Shown here: in pieces, positions 1 to 10,560 of the stretch
How the letters are laid out: each line of letters opens with the position of its first letter
How positions within the stretch are numbered: position 1 is the first letter of the stretch
DNA from: Planctomycetota bacterium
Lineage (GTDB): Bacteria; Planctomycetota; JAJSAM01; JAJVHW01
DNA length: 64,000 nt
Direction of reading: 5' to 3'
Assembly (NCBI GenBank): GCA_965248445.1
Contig: CBDFJG010000004.1
Location: 1,888,001 to 1,952,000, forward strand
The notes under the pieces: model-generated
Seen by the model: the letters and a program-made list of their open reading frames with translations, nothing else
The model's database searches: none
What the model was told of the DNA's origin: nothing
Position numbers and translations under genes: made by a program

Positions 1-1755
1 CCGTTGCTCAAGCGGCTGGGGCAGATCGAGCGCAAGCACCGTCTCGTGCGCGCGGCGGGGCGCCGCTTCGTGTTCGATCACCACCAGGTGCAGGAGGCCC
101 TGTACGGCAGTCTCTCGGAACTGCTTCGCGAGGAGTACCACGCAGCGCTCGGCGACGTGGTCGAGGCGCGCGCGTTGAGGGGCGGGGCGGATCCGGCCGA
201 CGTCCCCGGCGATGTCGCGGCACGGCTCTGCCGCCACTTCTTCGACGGCGCCACACCCGAGCGCGCAGTCCGGTACGTATCCGCGGCGTACCGGCATCTC
301 GAGGACGGCCACCTCGGCGACGCGGCGGTCGCACTCCTGGACCAGGCCCTCGCCGAGCCAGGGCTCTTCACCGGCGCGCCGCGCTTGGATCTGCTGCTGA
401 ACAGAGTCGAGCGTCTCGACGTGCTGGGCCGGCCGGCCGAGGAGCTGGCGACGATCGAGGAAGCGCTCGCGCTGGCGGAGGAACTCGGCGAGCCAGCGCG
501 CATCGGGCACGCCCAGCGAATGCTCGGCTGGCACCTGGCTCGCGCTGGGCGCATGGAGGAAGCCCTGGCGTTGTTCGCGGCAGCGGAGGAAGCCGCGCGC
601 AAGTCAGGGGACCGTGCGCTCGAGGCGCGGGTGCTCACCAACCAGGGCACGGCGCTCTACGGACTCGGCCGCCTGGACGAGGCGCGCGAACACCAGGAGC
701 GGAGTCGCAGCCTGGCGGATCAGCTGGGCGACCTGCGCGCCGAGTCGCGCGCCGTGGTTGGCCTGGCGGTCGTGAGTTTTGCCGAAGGGCGCATGGACGA
801 TGCGCGGAAGTACGACGAGCGCTACCTCGAGATGGCACGCGAAACCGGCGACTTGAACATCGAGTGTCTCGCCCACGCGAACTTGGGAAGCCTTGCGTAC
901 ACCGAAGGACGCTTGGGTGACTGTCGCGTGCACCTCGAGCGCGCGCTCTCGCTCGCGCGCGAGCTTGGCTTGCGCCGAAAGGAGACGCGCGGCGTGGGCG
1001 ACATGGGGACGCTGTTCGCTGCGCTGGGCGACTACGCCCGCGCTGCCGAACACATGGAGGAGTGCCTCGCGCTCGCTCGCGAGGTCGGTTCGACGCATCA
1101 GCAGGGACGGTCGCTGCGCGAGCTGGGCACCCTGAAGTCGCTTCTCGGGGACCCCGCGACGGGGCGCGAGCACCTGCTCGCCGCGCTCGATCTCCATCGC
1201 GCGACGGGAGCGCGGCGCGAGGTGGGCAGCGTGCTGCGGTCCCTTGCTGATGTTACGGGTCGACTCGGCGATCAGGAGGGTGCGGATGCGCACTTCGTAG
1301 ACGCGATCCGCATCTGCCGCGAGGAGAAGGACGTCGTCGGCGCCGCGAAGGCACTCATAGACCGCGGGCTGCTCCTCGCGGCCCTCGACCGCGCCCAGCA
1401 CGCCCGCGACGCGCTGACGGAGGCGAGTGCCATGGCGCTCGAGTACGGAGACACGGAGATCTCGCTCCTCGCCGCGGCGCGCATCGCCGCGCTCCCCGAC
1501 AGCACCGAGCACGAAGTGGCCGCAGCCCGTGCTGCTCTCGCGGTCGCAGGCGCCGACGTACCTGCACCGACCCTCCTCCAGGCGCACTTCTTCCTCTGGA
1601 TGGCAACTGGCGAACGGGACTCGCTCGAGCAGTCGTTCCGTCTCATGACGACGATCTGCGACCTGGCTCCCGAAGACCGCCGCGCGGCGATGGTCGCGAA
1701 CGACCGGGTCTGGCGCAGCATCGCCGAAGAGGCAGCCGCGCACGGCCTCGTGTGA
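1..1755 (+). CDS. C-terminal part of a kinase-AAA ATPase-TPR protein (5' end outside the window), paralog of the next gene
   Basis: LKRLGQIERKHRLVRAAGRRFVFDHHQVQEALY is nearly identical to the downstream paralog and is followed by TPR-like helical repeats. Confidence 0.85.
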   Translation, partial: PLLKRLGQIERKHRLVRAAGRRFVFDHHQVQEALYGSLSELLREEYHAALGDVVEARALRGGADPADVPGDVAARLCRHFFDGATPERAVRYVSAAYRHLEDGHLGDAAVALLDQALAEPGLFTGAPRLDLLLNRVERLDVLGRPAEELATIEEALALAEELGEPARIGHAQRMLGWHLARAGRMEEALALFAAAEEAARKSGDRALEARVLTNQGTALYGLGRLDEAREHQERSRSLADQLGDLRAESRAVVGLAVVSFAEGRMDDARKYDERYLEMARETGDLNIECLAHANLGSLAYTEGRLGDCRVHLERALSLARELGLRRKETRGVGDMGTLFAALGDYARAAEHMEECLALAREVGSTHQQGRSLRELGTLKSLLGDPATGREHLLAALDLHRATGARREVGSVLRSLADVTGRLGDQEGADAHFVDAIRICREEKDVVGAAKALIDRGLLLAALDRAQHARDALTEASAMALEYGDTEISLLAAARIAALPDSTEHEVAAARAALAVAGADVPAPTLLQAHFFLWMATGERDSLEQSFRLMTTICDLAPEDRRAAMVANDRVWRSIAEEAAAHGLV

Positions 1756-1873
1756 CTGCCGCCTCACGCCGGCCGGCACGTCCGCAGCCGGGGCGGGGGA
1801 GCGCCGCCCGCCCACGTCGGTGAGCAGATGCCGCAGGCGACCTGGTCCAGTCGGGTCGGTACCGTGCGACGTG

Positions 1874-4800
1874 ATGGAAGTCGGCGAGACGCTCGGTCCG
1901 TACCAGCTCTTCGCGGAACTCGGTTCCGGCGGGATGGGGACCGTCTACCGCGCGGAGGGTCCCGAAGGCGTCGTGGCGCTCAAGATCGTGCGCCCGCACC
2001 TGCTCGAGGCCGACGACGCGCTACAGCGATTTCATCGCGAGGTCGAGATCGGCCGCACAGTCGATCACGCGAACGTCGTGCGGACGTACGGCGGCGGCGA
2101 GGCCGACGGCCAGCACTACCTCTCGATGGAGTTCGTGGAGGGACAGACTCTCGACGCGCTGCTCAAGGAGCTCGAACGCGTCCCCGAGGAACTCTGCCGT
2201 CACATCGCGCACGAGGTGACGCAGGGCCTTGCTGCGATCCACGCGGCCGGTGCGATTCACCGCGACATCAAACCCGAGAACGTGCTCATCACGCCCGACC
2301 ACGTCGTCAAGATCATGGATCTGGGCGTCGCGCGTTCGATGGACGATGCCGTCGCGCTCTCGCGCACCGGAATGTTCGTGGGATCGCTCTGCTACGCGAG
2401 CCCCGAGCAGTTCAAGGGCGGAGGCAAGGGACTCGACGGGCGGGCGGACCTGCACGCTCTCGGCCTGGTGCTCTACGAGCTCTCGACAGGTGTCAATCCC
2501 TACGTCGCAGACGAATTCGCGCAGGTCGTGCGCAAGGTCCTGCACGACGAGCCGCGACGACTGGGCGAGCTCAACCCGCAGGTTTCGCCGTTCTTCGAGG
2601 AGGTGGTGCACAACCTGCTGGCCAAGGGCCGCGACGAGCGTTTCCCGAACGCGGACGACCTGCTGGTGGCGCTCGAGGAGGGCGAGGACTCCGCATGGTG
2701 GCACGCGCGGGCGGCGGCACTCCGCGTCGCGACGAAGCGTCCGTTGCGCCGCATCCGCATCCCGCGTGAGACGGGCGTGTTCGGTCGCGATGCCGAGCTT
2801 GCGCAGTTGCGCGCGCTCTACGACATGGCACGCACCGGCGATGGACAGGTCGTGCTCGTCGAGGGCGAGGCGGGCATCGGCAAGACCCGCATCGTCGACG
2901 AACTCGTAGCGGCACTTCACCGCGACGACGAGGACTTCCAGTTCCTGTTCGGGTCCTATCCGCCGGGCGCGGCGGGGGCGGCCGTCGGGGCGTTCTCGAC
3001 GGCGTACCGCGAGCACTACGGCGACGAGCACCTCGAAGACGCGCTGGCCGCGCACCTTGCGGCCACACCGCGGCTGGTGCCGTCATTTGCCGCGATCCTG
3101 CGCGGCGACTCGCCGCCCGAGGGCGCGCAGCCGCTGACACCCGAGTCGTTGCCGGCAGTGTTCGTGCATGCCACGAAGGCACTGTCCGCAGAGCGCACCA
3201 CGATCGTGCTCATCGATGATTTGCACTTCGCGCAGGACGAGGGCCGCGACCTCTTCGCGGCGCTCGCGCTCGCTGCGCCGATGCAACGGACGCTGCTCAT
3301 CGGCACGACGCGGCGGGGGATATCCGAGGAGTGGGTCGGCGGACTGCTGCGCCACGGCCACACGTCGCGCATGTCGCTCGGCCGCCTCGGTGCCAAGGAC
3401 CTCACCGCACTGCTCAAGGACTCGCTGCGTTCGGATCGCCTCGCGCGGAAGCTGGGGTTCCTGGTGGCGGAGAAGTCGGACGGCAACCCGTTCTTCGTGT
3501 TCGAGATCATCCGCGGACTGCGCGAGGGGCAGTTCCTCTCGCAGCGGGCCGACGGCTCCTGGATCGCCACGCAGGAGATCGAGCAGATCGACATCCCGTC
3601 GTCGGTACTCGGCCTCGTGCAGGCACGCGTCGCGAACCTGGACGAGGAGGAGCGAGACCTGCTCGACGTCGCAGCCTGCTGCGGCTTCGACTTCGACCCG
3701 CTGCTCGTGGGGGAGATCGTGGGGCTGGGCCGCATACCGTTGCTCAAGCGGCTGGCGCAGATCGAACGAAAGCACCGGCTCGTGCGCGCGGCAGGACGCC
3801 GGTTCGTGTTCGATCACCACCAGGTGCAGGAGGCCCTGTACGGCAGTCTGCCCGAGTTGCTGCGCGAGGAGTACCACGCCGCGCTCGGCGACGCACTCGA
3901 GACGCGAGCATTGCGCGGCGGGGTGAACCCCGCGGATGTCTCGGGAGAGGTCGCGGCCGGACTGTGCGGTCACTTCTTCGACGGCGGGGCTCCCGAACGC
4001 GCGGCGCCCTACGTCCCGGCGGCATACCAGCATCTCGAGGACGGGCACCTCGGCGACACGGCAGTCGCTCTTCTGGACCGAGCGCTCTCCGCGCCCGGGC
4101 TGTTCACCGGCGGCGGGCGCGTCGACATGCGGCTGCAGCAAGCTGAGCGTTTGAGCTTGTTGGGCCGGCTTGCTGCCTCGCGTGCAGCGATCGACGAGGC
4201 GCTCGGTCTCGCGGAGAGCCTCGACGATTTGGCGCGGGTCGGTCATGCGAAGTTGGCGCTGGGCAAGCTCGTCACCCAGTCGTTGCGTTGGTCGGAGGCG
4301 TTACAGAACTACGGCGAATCCGTGGATGCCGCAAAGCGCGCGGGGGACCGCTCGCTCGAGGCCCACGGACTCACCTGGGTCGCCAGCGCGCTGAGACACC
4401 TCGGTCGGCACGCCGAGTCGCGCGAGGGGCACGAACGGAGCCGCTCGCTGGCAAGAGAGATCGGCGACCTGCGTGTGGAGGCGCAGGCCACGCTGCACTT
4501 GGGTACGCTCGTCTACTCACTGGGGGACATGACGGAGGCGGGCCGGCTCTACGAACAGTATCTCGGGATGGCGCGGGGACTGGGCGACCGCGAGATGGAG
4601 TGCACGGCGAATCAGGCACTCGGCCACATTGCGTACACGCAGGGAGACATGGACCTTGCCCGGCGCCACATCGAGCGTGCGCTTGCGCTGAGCCGGGAAC
4701 TGGGCTTGCGCCGGCACGAGGCGTTCGCCGTCGGTGACCTGGGCACGCTCCACGCGGCTCAGGGCGACTACCCCCGCGCCGCGGAGCACGTGGAGGAGTG

Positions 4801-5485
4801 TCTCGCGATGGCGCGGGAGATCGGATTGACGGGCCAGGAAGCGCGCGCGCTCAAGGAACTGGGGATGCTGACGTCGTGGCTGGGCGACCCCGCGGCGGGA
4901 CGCGAGTACCTGCTCGCCGCGCTCGAGATTCACCGCGCGACGGGATCGGGGCGCCGCGAGGCGCAGGTGCTGTGTTCGTTGGCCGAGGTCGAGGACCGCC
5001 TCGGAGAAGTCGAGAGCGCCGAAGCGCACTATGACGAGGGACTCCGGCTCTCCCGCGATGCCGACGACTCCGTCGGCATCGCCATGGCGCTGGTGGAGCG
5101 CGGACTCATGTTCGCCGGCCTGGACCGCACGGCGGAGGCGCGTGAGTCACTGACTGAGGCACGCACGCTCGCGGGCACGTTCGGGGACGACGAGTTGACG
5201 CTCCTCGCGACGACGCGCATCGCCTCGCTCCCCGGTGCCGGCAAGGACGAGATCGCAGAGGCTTGCTCGGACCTCGGCTCGACCACGGTCGAAGACCCGT
5301 GCGTCGTTCAGGCGACGTACTTCGTGTGGCTCGCGACCGAGGATCAGGCCTACCTCGCCCAGGCGCTCGAGGTGCTCGGGCGGCTCACGTCCGGAGTTCC
5401 CGACGAGCAGCGCGCGGCGATGATCAAGAGCGATCCTCTGTGGGGGAAGATCGTGGACGCGGCGACCGCTCACGGTCTCCCGTGA
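1874..5485 (+). CDS. Ser/Thr protein kinase fused to an AAA/STAND-like ATPase and TPR repeats
   Basis: Kinase motifs GSGGMG, VALK, HRDIKPEN, DLG, YASPEQ; Walker A GEAGIGKT; Walker B VLIDDLH; GNPFF motif; C-terminal TPRs. Confidence 0.92.
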   Translation: MEVGETLGPYQLFAELGSGGMGTVYRAEGPEGVVALKIVRPHLLEADDALQRFHREVEIGRTVDHANVVRTYGGGEADGQHYLSMEFVEGQTLDALLKELERVPEELCRHIAHEVTQGLAAIHAAGAIHRDIKPENVLITPDHVVKIMDLGVARSMDDAVALSRTGMFVGSLCYASPEQFKGGGKGLDGRADLHALGLVLYELSTGVNPYVADEFAQVVRKVLHDEPRRLGELNPQVSPFFEEVVHNLLAKGRDERFPNADDLLVALEEGEDSAWWHARAAALRVATKRPLRRIRIPRETGVFGRDAELAQLRALYDMARTGDGQVVLVEGEAGIGKTRIVDELVAALHRDDEDFQFLFGSYPPGAAGAAVGAFSTAYREHYGDEHLEDALAAHLAATPRLVPSFAAILRGDSPPEGAQPLTPESLPAVFVHATKALSAERTTIVLIDDLHFAQDEGRDLFAALALAAPMQRTLLIGTTRRGISEEWVGGLLRHGHTSRMSLGRLGAKDLTALLKDSLRSDRLARKLGFLVAEKSDGNPFFVFEIIRGLREGQFLSQRADGSWIATQEIEQIDIPSSVLGLVQARVANLDEEERDLLDVAACCGFDFDPLLVGEIVGLGRIPLLKRLAQIERKHRLVRAAGRRFVFDHHQVQEALYGSLPELLREEYHAALGDALETRALRGGVNPADVSGEVAAGLCGHFFDGGAPERAAPYVPAAYQHLEDGHLGDTAVALLDRALSAPGLFTGGGRVDMRLQQAERLSLLGRLAASRAAIDEALGLAESLDDLARVGHAKLALGKLVTQSLRWSEALQNYGESVDAAKRAGDRSLEAHGLTWVASALRHLGRHAESREGHERSRSLAREIGDLRVEAQATLHLGTLVYSLGDMTEAGRLYEQYLGMARGLGDREMECTANQALGHIAYTQGDMDLARRHIERALALSRELGLRRHEAFAVGDLGTLHAAQGDYPRAAEHVEECLAMAREIGLTGQEARALKELGMLTSWLGDPAAGREYLLAALEIHRATGSGRREAQVLCSLAEVEDRLGEVESAEAHYDEGLRLSRDADDSVGIAMALVERGLMFAGLDRTAEARESLTEARTLAGTFGDDELTLLATTRIASLPGAGKDEIAEACSDLGSTTVEDPCVVQATYFVWLATEDQAYLAQALEVLGRLTSGVPDEQRAAMIKSDPLWGKIVDAATAHGLP

Positions 5486-5509
5486 GCGGCCTCCCCCGTC
5501 GCCTCGGGG

Positions 5510-5560
5510 TCAGACCTCGTCGGCCTCCATGCGGAGCACTCTCTCGGGGCAGTTCGCGGC
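5510..5560 (-). pseudogene. 3' remnant of a possible ferredoxin-like gene truncated by IS66
   Basis: Minus strand reads AANCPERVLRMEADEV* directly from the IS end, resembling the CP tail of a 4Fe-4S motif. Confidence 0.35.
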
Positions 5561-7060
5561 GTAACCGTTCACCCCTTGACAGCGTGTGAGCCTCAGCGTG
5601 CGACGGGCAGCGGGACCATGACGGGCGGGTCGGCGCCGGTGAGGTGCGCGGCGACCGAGTCGGCGAGGAAGTCGAAGACTTGGTCGCCACGGCGTCGCAG
5701 CGTGGCCGCGGCGGTCAACACGCGCTCGGCGAAGCGGAGTCCGCGAGCGGACTGGCTTCCGAAGGAGCCCTTGCGCCAGAGCACCGCTTTGCGGACCGCG
5801 CGCTCGGCGGCGTTGTTCGTCGGACTCACGTCCTGGGTCCGCGCATAGGTGAAGAGGGCGACCACGCGGGGGCGCAGATGGTTGGCCAGAGCCGAGTCGT
5901 CGTTCGCGATCAGTCGCTCGAGCCGTCCGCGCAGCACAGCGGCTTCGCCTTGCAGCCGGTCACGGTCGCCGTGCTCACCGAAGAGCCGGTAGCTGCGCAT
6001 GACCGACTGCGCGATCATGACGCCCTTGTTGCCGAAGCGGCGATGTCCTCGCGGGCCTTCGGCCAGCGCACGGAAGGCGCGCTCGATGTGCGCCCAGCAG
6101 AGCTGGCGGCGGGCAAGTGGGTGTGACTCGTAGGCACCCATCCGGTCGCTGATCACCGTGCCACCGAAGCGCCGCCCGATCAGCCGCCCTTTCGCCTTGG
6201 CACTGCGGCGGCGATCGATCCCGAAGGCTGTGGCGTGCTCGCTCTCCGCCGCCCACAGCCAGCACACCCGGCCCCGTTCCTTCCACGACGTCTCGTCCAC
6301 GTTGGCTCGCAGCGACGTGCGGACTGCCCCGAGGGCTTCGAGGTACGACGAGTGCAGAGCGTCACTGAGCCGACGCTCACAGTCGCTGATCTTGCCCAGC
6401 GACATCTTCACACCGAAGATCTCACCGAGCAGCCGCTGCGTCTCCCGCACGCTCACGCGGTACACGCCGCGCAGCGCGCCGGCAAGTGTGGTCAGCCGCG
6501 GACCGAAGGCCCCGGTCGGCACGCCATCGGGCAGGACCGCCGTCGTGACCGCACGACAGCGCCGGCACCGCGCCTTGTGCAGCCGGTGCTCCCGCACCGT
6601 GACGAGCACGCGCGGGAGCACCGTCACCTGGTGCCGGTACGGATCGCCGATGCCCTGCTCGAGATCGTCGTGTCCGCACGCGTCGCAGCGGTCGGGACGG
6701 TGGTCCTTGGTCTCATCGACGTTGGACGGATCCACCAGCTCGCGCGCCGTGCCCTCATGGCCCGGCTGTCCGCCCTGCTTGCGACCGCTACGCGGCCTTC
6801 GGCCGCGACGGCGCTTGGACCACGCCGGGTCCGACGACGGAGGCCTCGAGCTGTTGCGGGAGTCACGCTTCAGACGCGACTCGAGCTCGTCGATGCGGCG
6901 CAGATGCTTCGCTTCGCGACGCTCCAGCTCCTCGATCCAGGCCAGAAGGCCCTCGACCATCGCCCGCAGATCCTCGTCCTGCCGCTCGCCCACAACATCT
7001 TGATCGACCGATGGCCGAACGATCTGGATCCTGGCTCGCGACGAAGGGGTGAACGGTTAC
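5561..7060 (-). mobile_element. IS66-family element A, copy 1 (single ORF, ISBst12-like organisation)
   Basis: Terminal inverted repeats GTAACCGTTCACCCCTT; 1500 bp; flanks TTCGCGGC and CGATCTTG do not form a TSD. Confidence 0.93.
5593..6993 (-). CDS. IS66-family transposase
   Basis: NSSRPPSSD, GGQPGH, CxxC zinc finger, VDET, SDR, QLCWAH and PTNNAAER motifs. Confidence 0.95.
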   Translation of the reverse strand: MGERQDEDLRAMVEGLLAWIEELERREAKHLRRIDELESRLKRDSRNSSRPPSSDPAWSKRRRGRRPRSGRKQGGQPGHEGTARELVDPSNVDETKDHRPDRCDACGHDDLEQGIGDPYRHQVTVLPRVLVTVREHRLHKARCRRCRAVTTAVLPDGVPTGAFGPRLTTLAGALRGVYRVSVRETQRLLGEIFGVKMSLGKISDCERRLSDALHSSYLEALGAVRTSLRANVDETSWKERGRVCWLWAAESEHATAFGIDRRRSAKAKGRLIGRRFGGTVISDRMGAYESHPLARRQLCWAHIERAFRALAEGPRGHRRFGNKGVMIAQSVMRSYRLFGEHGDRDRLQGEAAVLRGRLERLIANDDSALANHLRPRVVALFTYARTQDVSPTNNAAERAVRKAVLWRKGSFGSQSARGLRFAERVLTAAATLRRRGDQVFDFLADSVAAHLTGADPPVMVPLPVAR

Positions 7061-7640
7061 CGATCTTGCGGACGTTCACGATCTCGCGCCACACGACGTC
7101 GGCGGAGGCGTCGATCTCGATGAACGTCGCGACCGGGCGGACCTCCGACGGCAGTTCGAACTGCGCCTCGATGGCGGCGACGACGAACGGAAGCATGCAC
7201 GCCACCACCATGACCGGAGGCCGCGGCGTCTGCTTCCGCACCAGCCAGGCGGACGACAGTCCGCCGAGGCTCGCGAGCGGCAGCGCCGCTGGCAGCGCCA
7301 TCAAGATGCAGATCGCGCCCTCCCATCCGGTCGCGAACGCACCGCCCATGAACGCGAGGATGGTCAGCCACGGGAGCCAGAATCGTCGCGCCAGGCTGGG
7401 AGTCCGGATCGTGACGCCGGTGAGGAACCCCAAGACGAATGGTCCGACGATCAGGAACCCCCACGTCATCGCCTCGATCCCTCTGACGGTGCGGAATCCG
7501 GCGAGCCAGAGCATGCCGATCGCGGCCGGCAGCGCCACGCCGAGGCCGATCGACGCGACGGTCTGCCACCACCAGTCCTTGACGTTGCGCTCGGCAACCT
7601 CCGGGTCGGTGCGCCCGTCGCTCGTCACGTGTTCGGTCAC
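7061..7640 (-). pseudogene. Membrane protein with the start of an SRPBCC-like domain, truncated by IS66
   Basis: Several TM helices, EGAIC motif, then VATFIEIDASADVVWREIV cut at the IS end. Confidence 0.65.
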
Positions 7641-7709
7641 GCTACCGACGGTAGCGGAGCGCGGGGTCGGCGGTCGCTACTCCTCCGTCACTCCGCCGTC
7701 ATTCCGCCG

Positions 7710-7904
7710 TCACTCCTCTGGGACGACCACCCAGAGGATCACGTAGACGAGGAACCCCGGAAACGCAGCGGAGAAGATCGAGCCCGCGACGGACAGGACA
7801 CGAGCCAGCGTCGGGTCCATCCCGAAGCAGTTGGCCAGGCCGCCGACCACGCCACCGAACATCCGGTCGGTCCTCGAGCGGGTGAGTGGCTTCTTCACGG
7901 CCAT
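7710..7904 (-). CDS. PspC domain protein
   Basis: LTRSRTDRMFGGVVGGLA...YVILWVVVPEE is the typical PspC pattern. Confidence 0.88.
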   Translation of the reverse strand: MAVKKPLTRSRTDRMFGGVVGGLANCFGMDPTLARVLSVAGSIFSAAFPGFLVYVILWVVVPEE

Positions 7905-7997
7905 GGTGTTCCCGATCGCTGGAACTGCAGCGTCGCGTCGCGGTTCGCTAAGGCCGTGGGCGCTTCGGGACTCCGGCGCCTCAGGACTCCGGGCCCC

Positions 7998-9314
7998 CTA
8001 GAACTCCTCGGCTACCGGCGGCGTCGTCGACTTCTTCCAGACCATGCCCGCGCCGACGGTCATGTTCGTCTCCTCCTCGATGAGGATGAACGCGCCCGTT
8101 GCCCGGTTGTCCGCGTAGTCGTCGCAGAACACCGGGCGCTGGGTGCGGATGACCACGCGGCCGACCTCGTTCAGCGTGAGTTCGTCGGCCTCCTCGTCCC
8201 GGTGCAGCGTGTCCACGTCGATGCGGTAGCGCAGTTCGCGGACGCGAGCACGTACTTCGTTCGTCGTGTGCTTCAGCCGGTACTTCTTGCGCGGGCTCAT
8301 CTCGGAGTCGGAGAGCCAGCAGACCATGGCCTCGAACTCGTTGTCGATGCGAGGCACGTTGCCGGGCCGCACGATCATGTCGCCACGGGAGATGTCGATG
8401 TCGTCCTCGAGCGTCATGCACACCGAGAGCGGCGTCTGCGCGGTCTCGAGGTTGCCGTCGTGGTGAATGAGTTCCTTGACGTGGCTGGTCAGCCCGGACG
8501 GAAGATGCACGACCTCGTCGCCGACGGAGACCGCGCCGGACTCGATCTGCCCCATGTATCCGCGGAAGTCGTGCAGTTCGTCGGTCTGCGGACGCGACAC
8601 GAACTGCACCGGGAAGCGGAAGTCGATCAGGTTGCGGTCGCCCGACGTCTCGAGGTTCTCGATGAGGCTGAGCAACGGCCGGCCCTGGAACCACGGCATG
8701 TTCGTCCCGCGGTCCACGACGCCGTCGCCCAGGAGAGCGCTGATCGGGAGGTAGCGGATGTCGTGCACGTCGAGCTTCGCCGCCCATTCGCGGAATTCGC
8801 CCCGGATCTCCTCGAACCGCGACTCGGACCACTCCATCAGGTCCATCTTGTTGACGGCGACGATCAGGTGCGGAATGCCGAGCAGCGCCGCGATGAACGC
8901 GTGCCGCTTGGTCTGAGTCAGGATGCCGTTGCGGGCGTCCACCAGGATGATGGCCGCATCCGCGGTGCTCGCGCCCGTGACCATGTTGCGCGTGTACTGG
9001 ATGTGACCCGGCGTGTCAGCGAGGATGAAGCTGCGCTTGGGCGTCGAGAAGTACCGGTACGCGACGTCGATGGTGATGCCCTGCTCGCGCTCCGCGCGCA
9101 GTCCGTCGGTGATCAGCGCGAGGTCGACGCCCTCTTTGCCCCGCGACAGGTTCACCTCTTCGACGTGGCGCAGCTGGTCCTCGTAGACCTGTTTCGTGTC
9201 CACCAGGAGCCGTCCGATGAGCGTGGACTTTCCGTCGTCTACGCTCCCCGCCGTGGCGAGGCGCAGCAGTTCGATCTTGCGGCCGAAGATGGATGCGATT
9301 CCCTGCGTGGACAT
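7998..9314 (-). CDS. cysN: Sulfate adenylyltransferase large subunit (no fused APS kinase)
   Basis: GSVDDGKSTLIGRLL, EREQGITIDVAYRYF, DTPGHIQYTRNMVTGAS, NKMD. Confidence 0.95.
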   Translation of the reverse strand: MSTQGIASIFGRKIELLRLATAGSVDDGKSTLIGRLLVDTKQVYEDQLRHVEEVNLSRGKEGVDLALITDGLRAEREQGITIDVAYRYFSTPKRSFILADTPGHIQYTRNMVTGASTADAAIILVDARNGILTQTKRHAFIAALLGIPHLIVAVNKMDLMEWSESRFEEIRGEFREWAAKLDVHDIRYLPISALLGDGVVDRGTNMPWFQGRPLLSLIENLETSGDRNLIDFRFPVQFVSRPQTDELHDFRGYMGQIESGAVSVGDEVVHLPSGLTSHVKELIHHDGNLETAQTPLSVCMTLEDDIDISRGDMIVRPGNVPRIDNEFEAMVCWLSDSEMSPRKKYRLKHTTNEVRARVRELRYRIDVDTLHRDEEADELTLNEVGRVVIRTQRPVFCDDYADNRATGAFILIEEETNMTVGAGMVWKKSTTPPVAEEF

Positions 9315-10219
9315 CAGAAGTACCCGTCCTTCTTCTTGTCCTCCATGGAGTCGGCGCCCTGGTCGACCAGCCGCGTCTCGCGCTCGCTGCGCGTGGCCGT
9401 GAGCGCCTCGGCGACGATCTCCTCGAGCGTCGTCGCGGTGGATTCGATCGCGCCGGTGCACGTCATGCACCCGAGCGTGCGGAAGCGGCACATCACCTTG
9501 CGCGGCGTCTCCCCCGGCTGGATGAGGCGCGTCTCCTGCGCCGACAGCAGGACGCCGCCGCGCTCCACGACTTCGCGTTCCGCGGCGAAGTAGAGCGGGA
9601 CGATCTCGATCTCCTGCTCACGGATGTACTGCCAGATGTCCGCCTCGGTCCAGTTGGAGAGCGGGAACACGCGGATCGACTCGCCGTCGTGGACGCGCGT
9701 GTTGTAGATGTTCCAGAGTTCCGGCCGCTGGCTCTTGGGATCCCACGCCCCGAACTCGTCGCGGAAGCTGAACACGCGCTCCTTGGCGCGACTGCGCTCC
9801 TCCTCGCGCCGGGCGCCTCCGATCGCTGCGTCGAAGCGGTGCTTCTCGATCGCGCCCAGCAGGCCCTCCGTCTTGAGCGTCCGCGAGCAGAAGCCGCACA
9901 CCCGCGCAGGGTTCGAGAAGTCCGGGAGGTTGCAGAGCGCCTCCTCGTTCTTCTCGACGATCAGCCGGAAACCCCTCTCGGCCACCATCCGCTCCCGGAA
10001 CTCGTACATCTCCGGGAACTTCATCGTCGTGTCGACGTGCATCAACGGGAACGGGATCGGCCCGGGGTGGAACGCCTTCTCCGCAAGTCGCAGCAGGACG
10101 CTCGAGTCCTTGCCGATTGACCACAGCATCACGGGCCGCTCGAAGCATGCCGCGACCTCGCGGATGATGTGGATCGACTCGGATTCGAGCTGCTGCAGGT
10201 GACTCAATGTGTGCGGCAT
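9314..10219 (-). CDS. cysD: Sulfate adenylyltransferase small subunit
   Basis: [53 protein letters not shown]. Confidence 0.96.
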   Translation of the reverse strand: MPHTLSHLQQLESESIHIIREVAACFERPVMLWSIGKDSSVLLRLAEKAFHPGPIPFPLMHVDTTMKFPEMYEFRERMVAERGFRLIVEKNEEALCNLPDFSNPARVCGFCSRTLKTEGLLGAIEKHRFDAAIGGARREEERSRAKERVFSFRDEFGAWDPKSQRPELWNIYNTRVHDGESIRVFPLSNWTEADIWQYIREQEIEIVPLYFAAEREVVERGGVLLSAQETRLIQPGETPRKVMCRFRTLGCMTCTGAIESTATTLEEIVAEALTATRSERETRLVDQGADSMEDKKKDGYF

Positions 10220-10560
10220 GGTGGGCGCCCCGGTCTCCCTGTCCCCGCGGTCTCCCCGTCCTGACCGATGAAGGACACTGCCCACCCACACGCTCGACGC
10301 GCGGGGGACCGACCGAAGCGGCGCAGGATAGGAGATGGTCCGAACGGGGGCCTGTTGTTCCCAGGCCGACAGCGCCGGCCGCCGGTCCGCGCAGCCTCGC
10401 GCCCGCCGTCGGAGCGCCCGGTAGCCCGGCAGCGCGAACCAATCACGCGTATTCTGGGTTCATAGAGAAGGGGACGGCAGTAGCCGCCCCCGCTTACCGA
10501 TCTACGAGACGGTCGCGCCACCAGCGAGGAGGAGCGGGCCCTGCGGCCGGGCCCCGACGA

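Noticed and set aside
7629..9593. 654-aa plus-strand ORF and similar long Arg/Ala/Pro-rich ORFs (604-1815, 18045-19772, 34977-36608, 56152-58065)
   Set aside because: Antisense or shifted shadows of well-supported genes, as expected in high-GC DNA.
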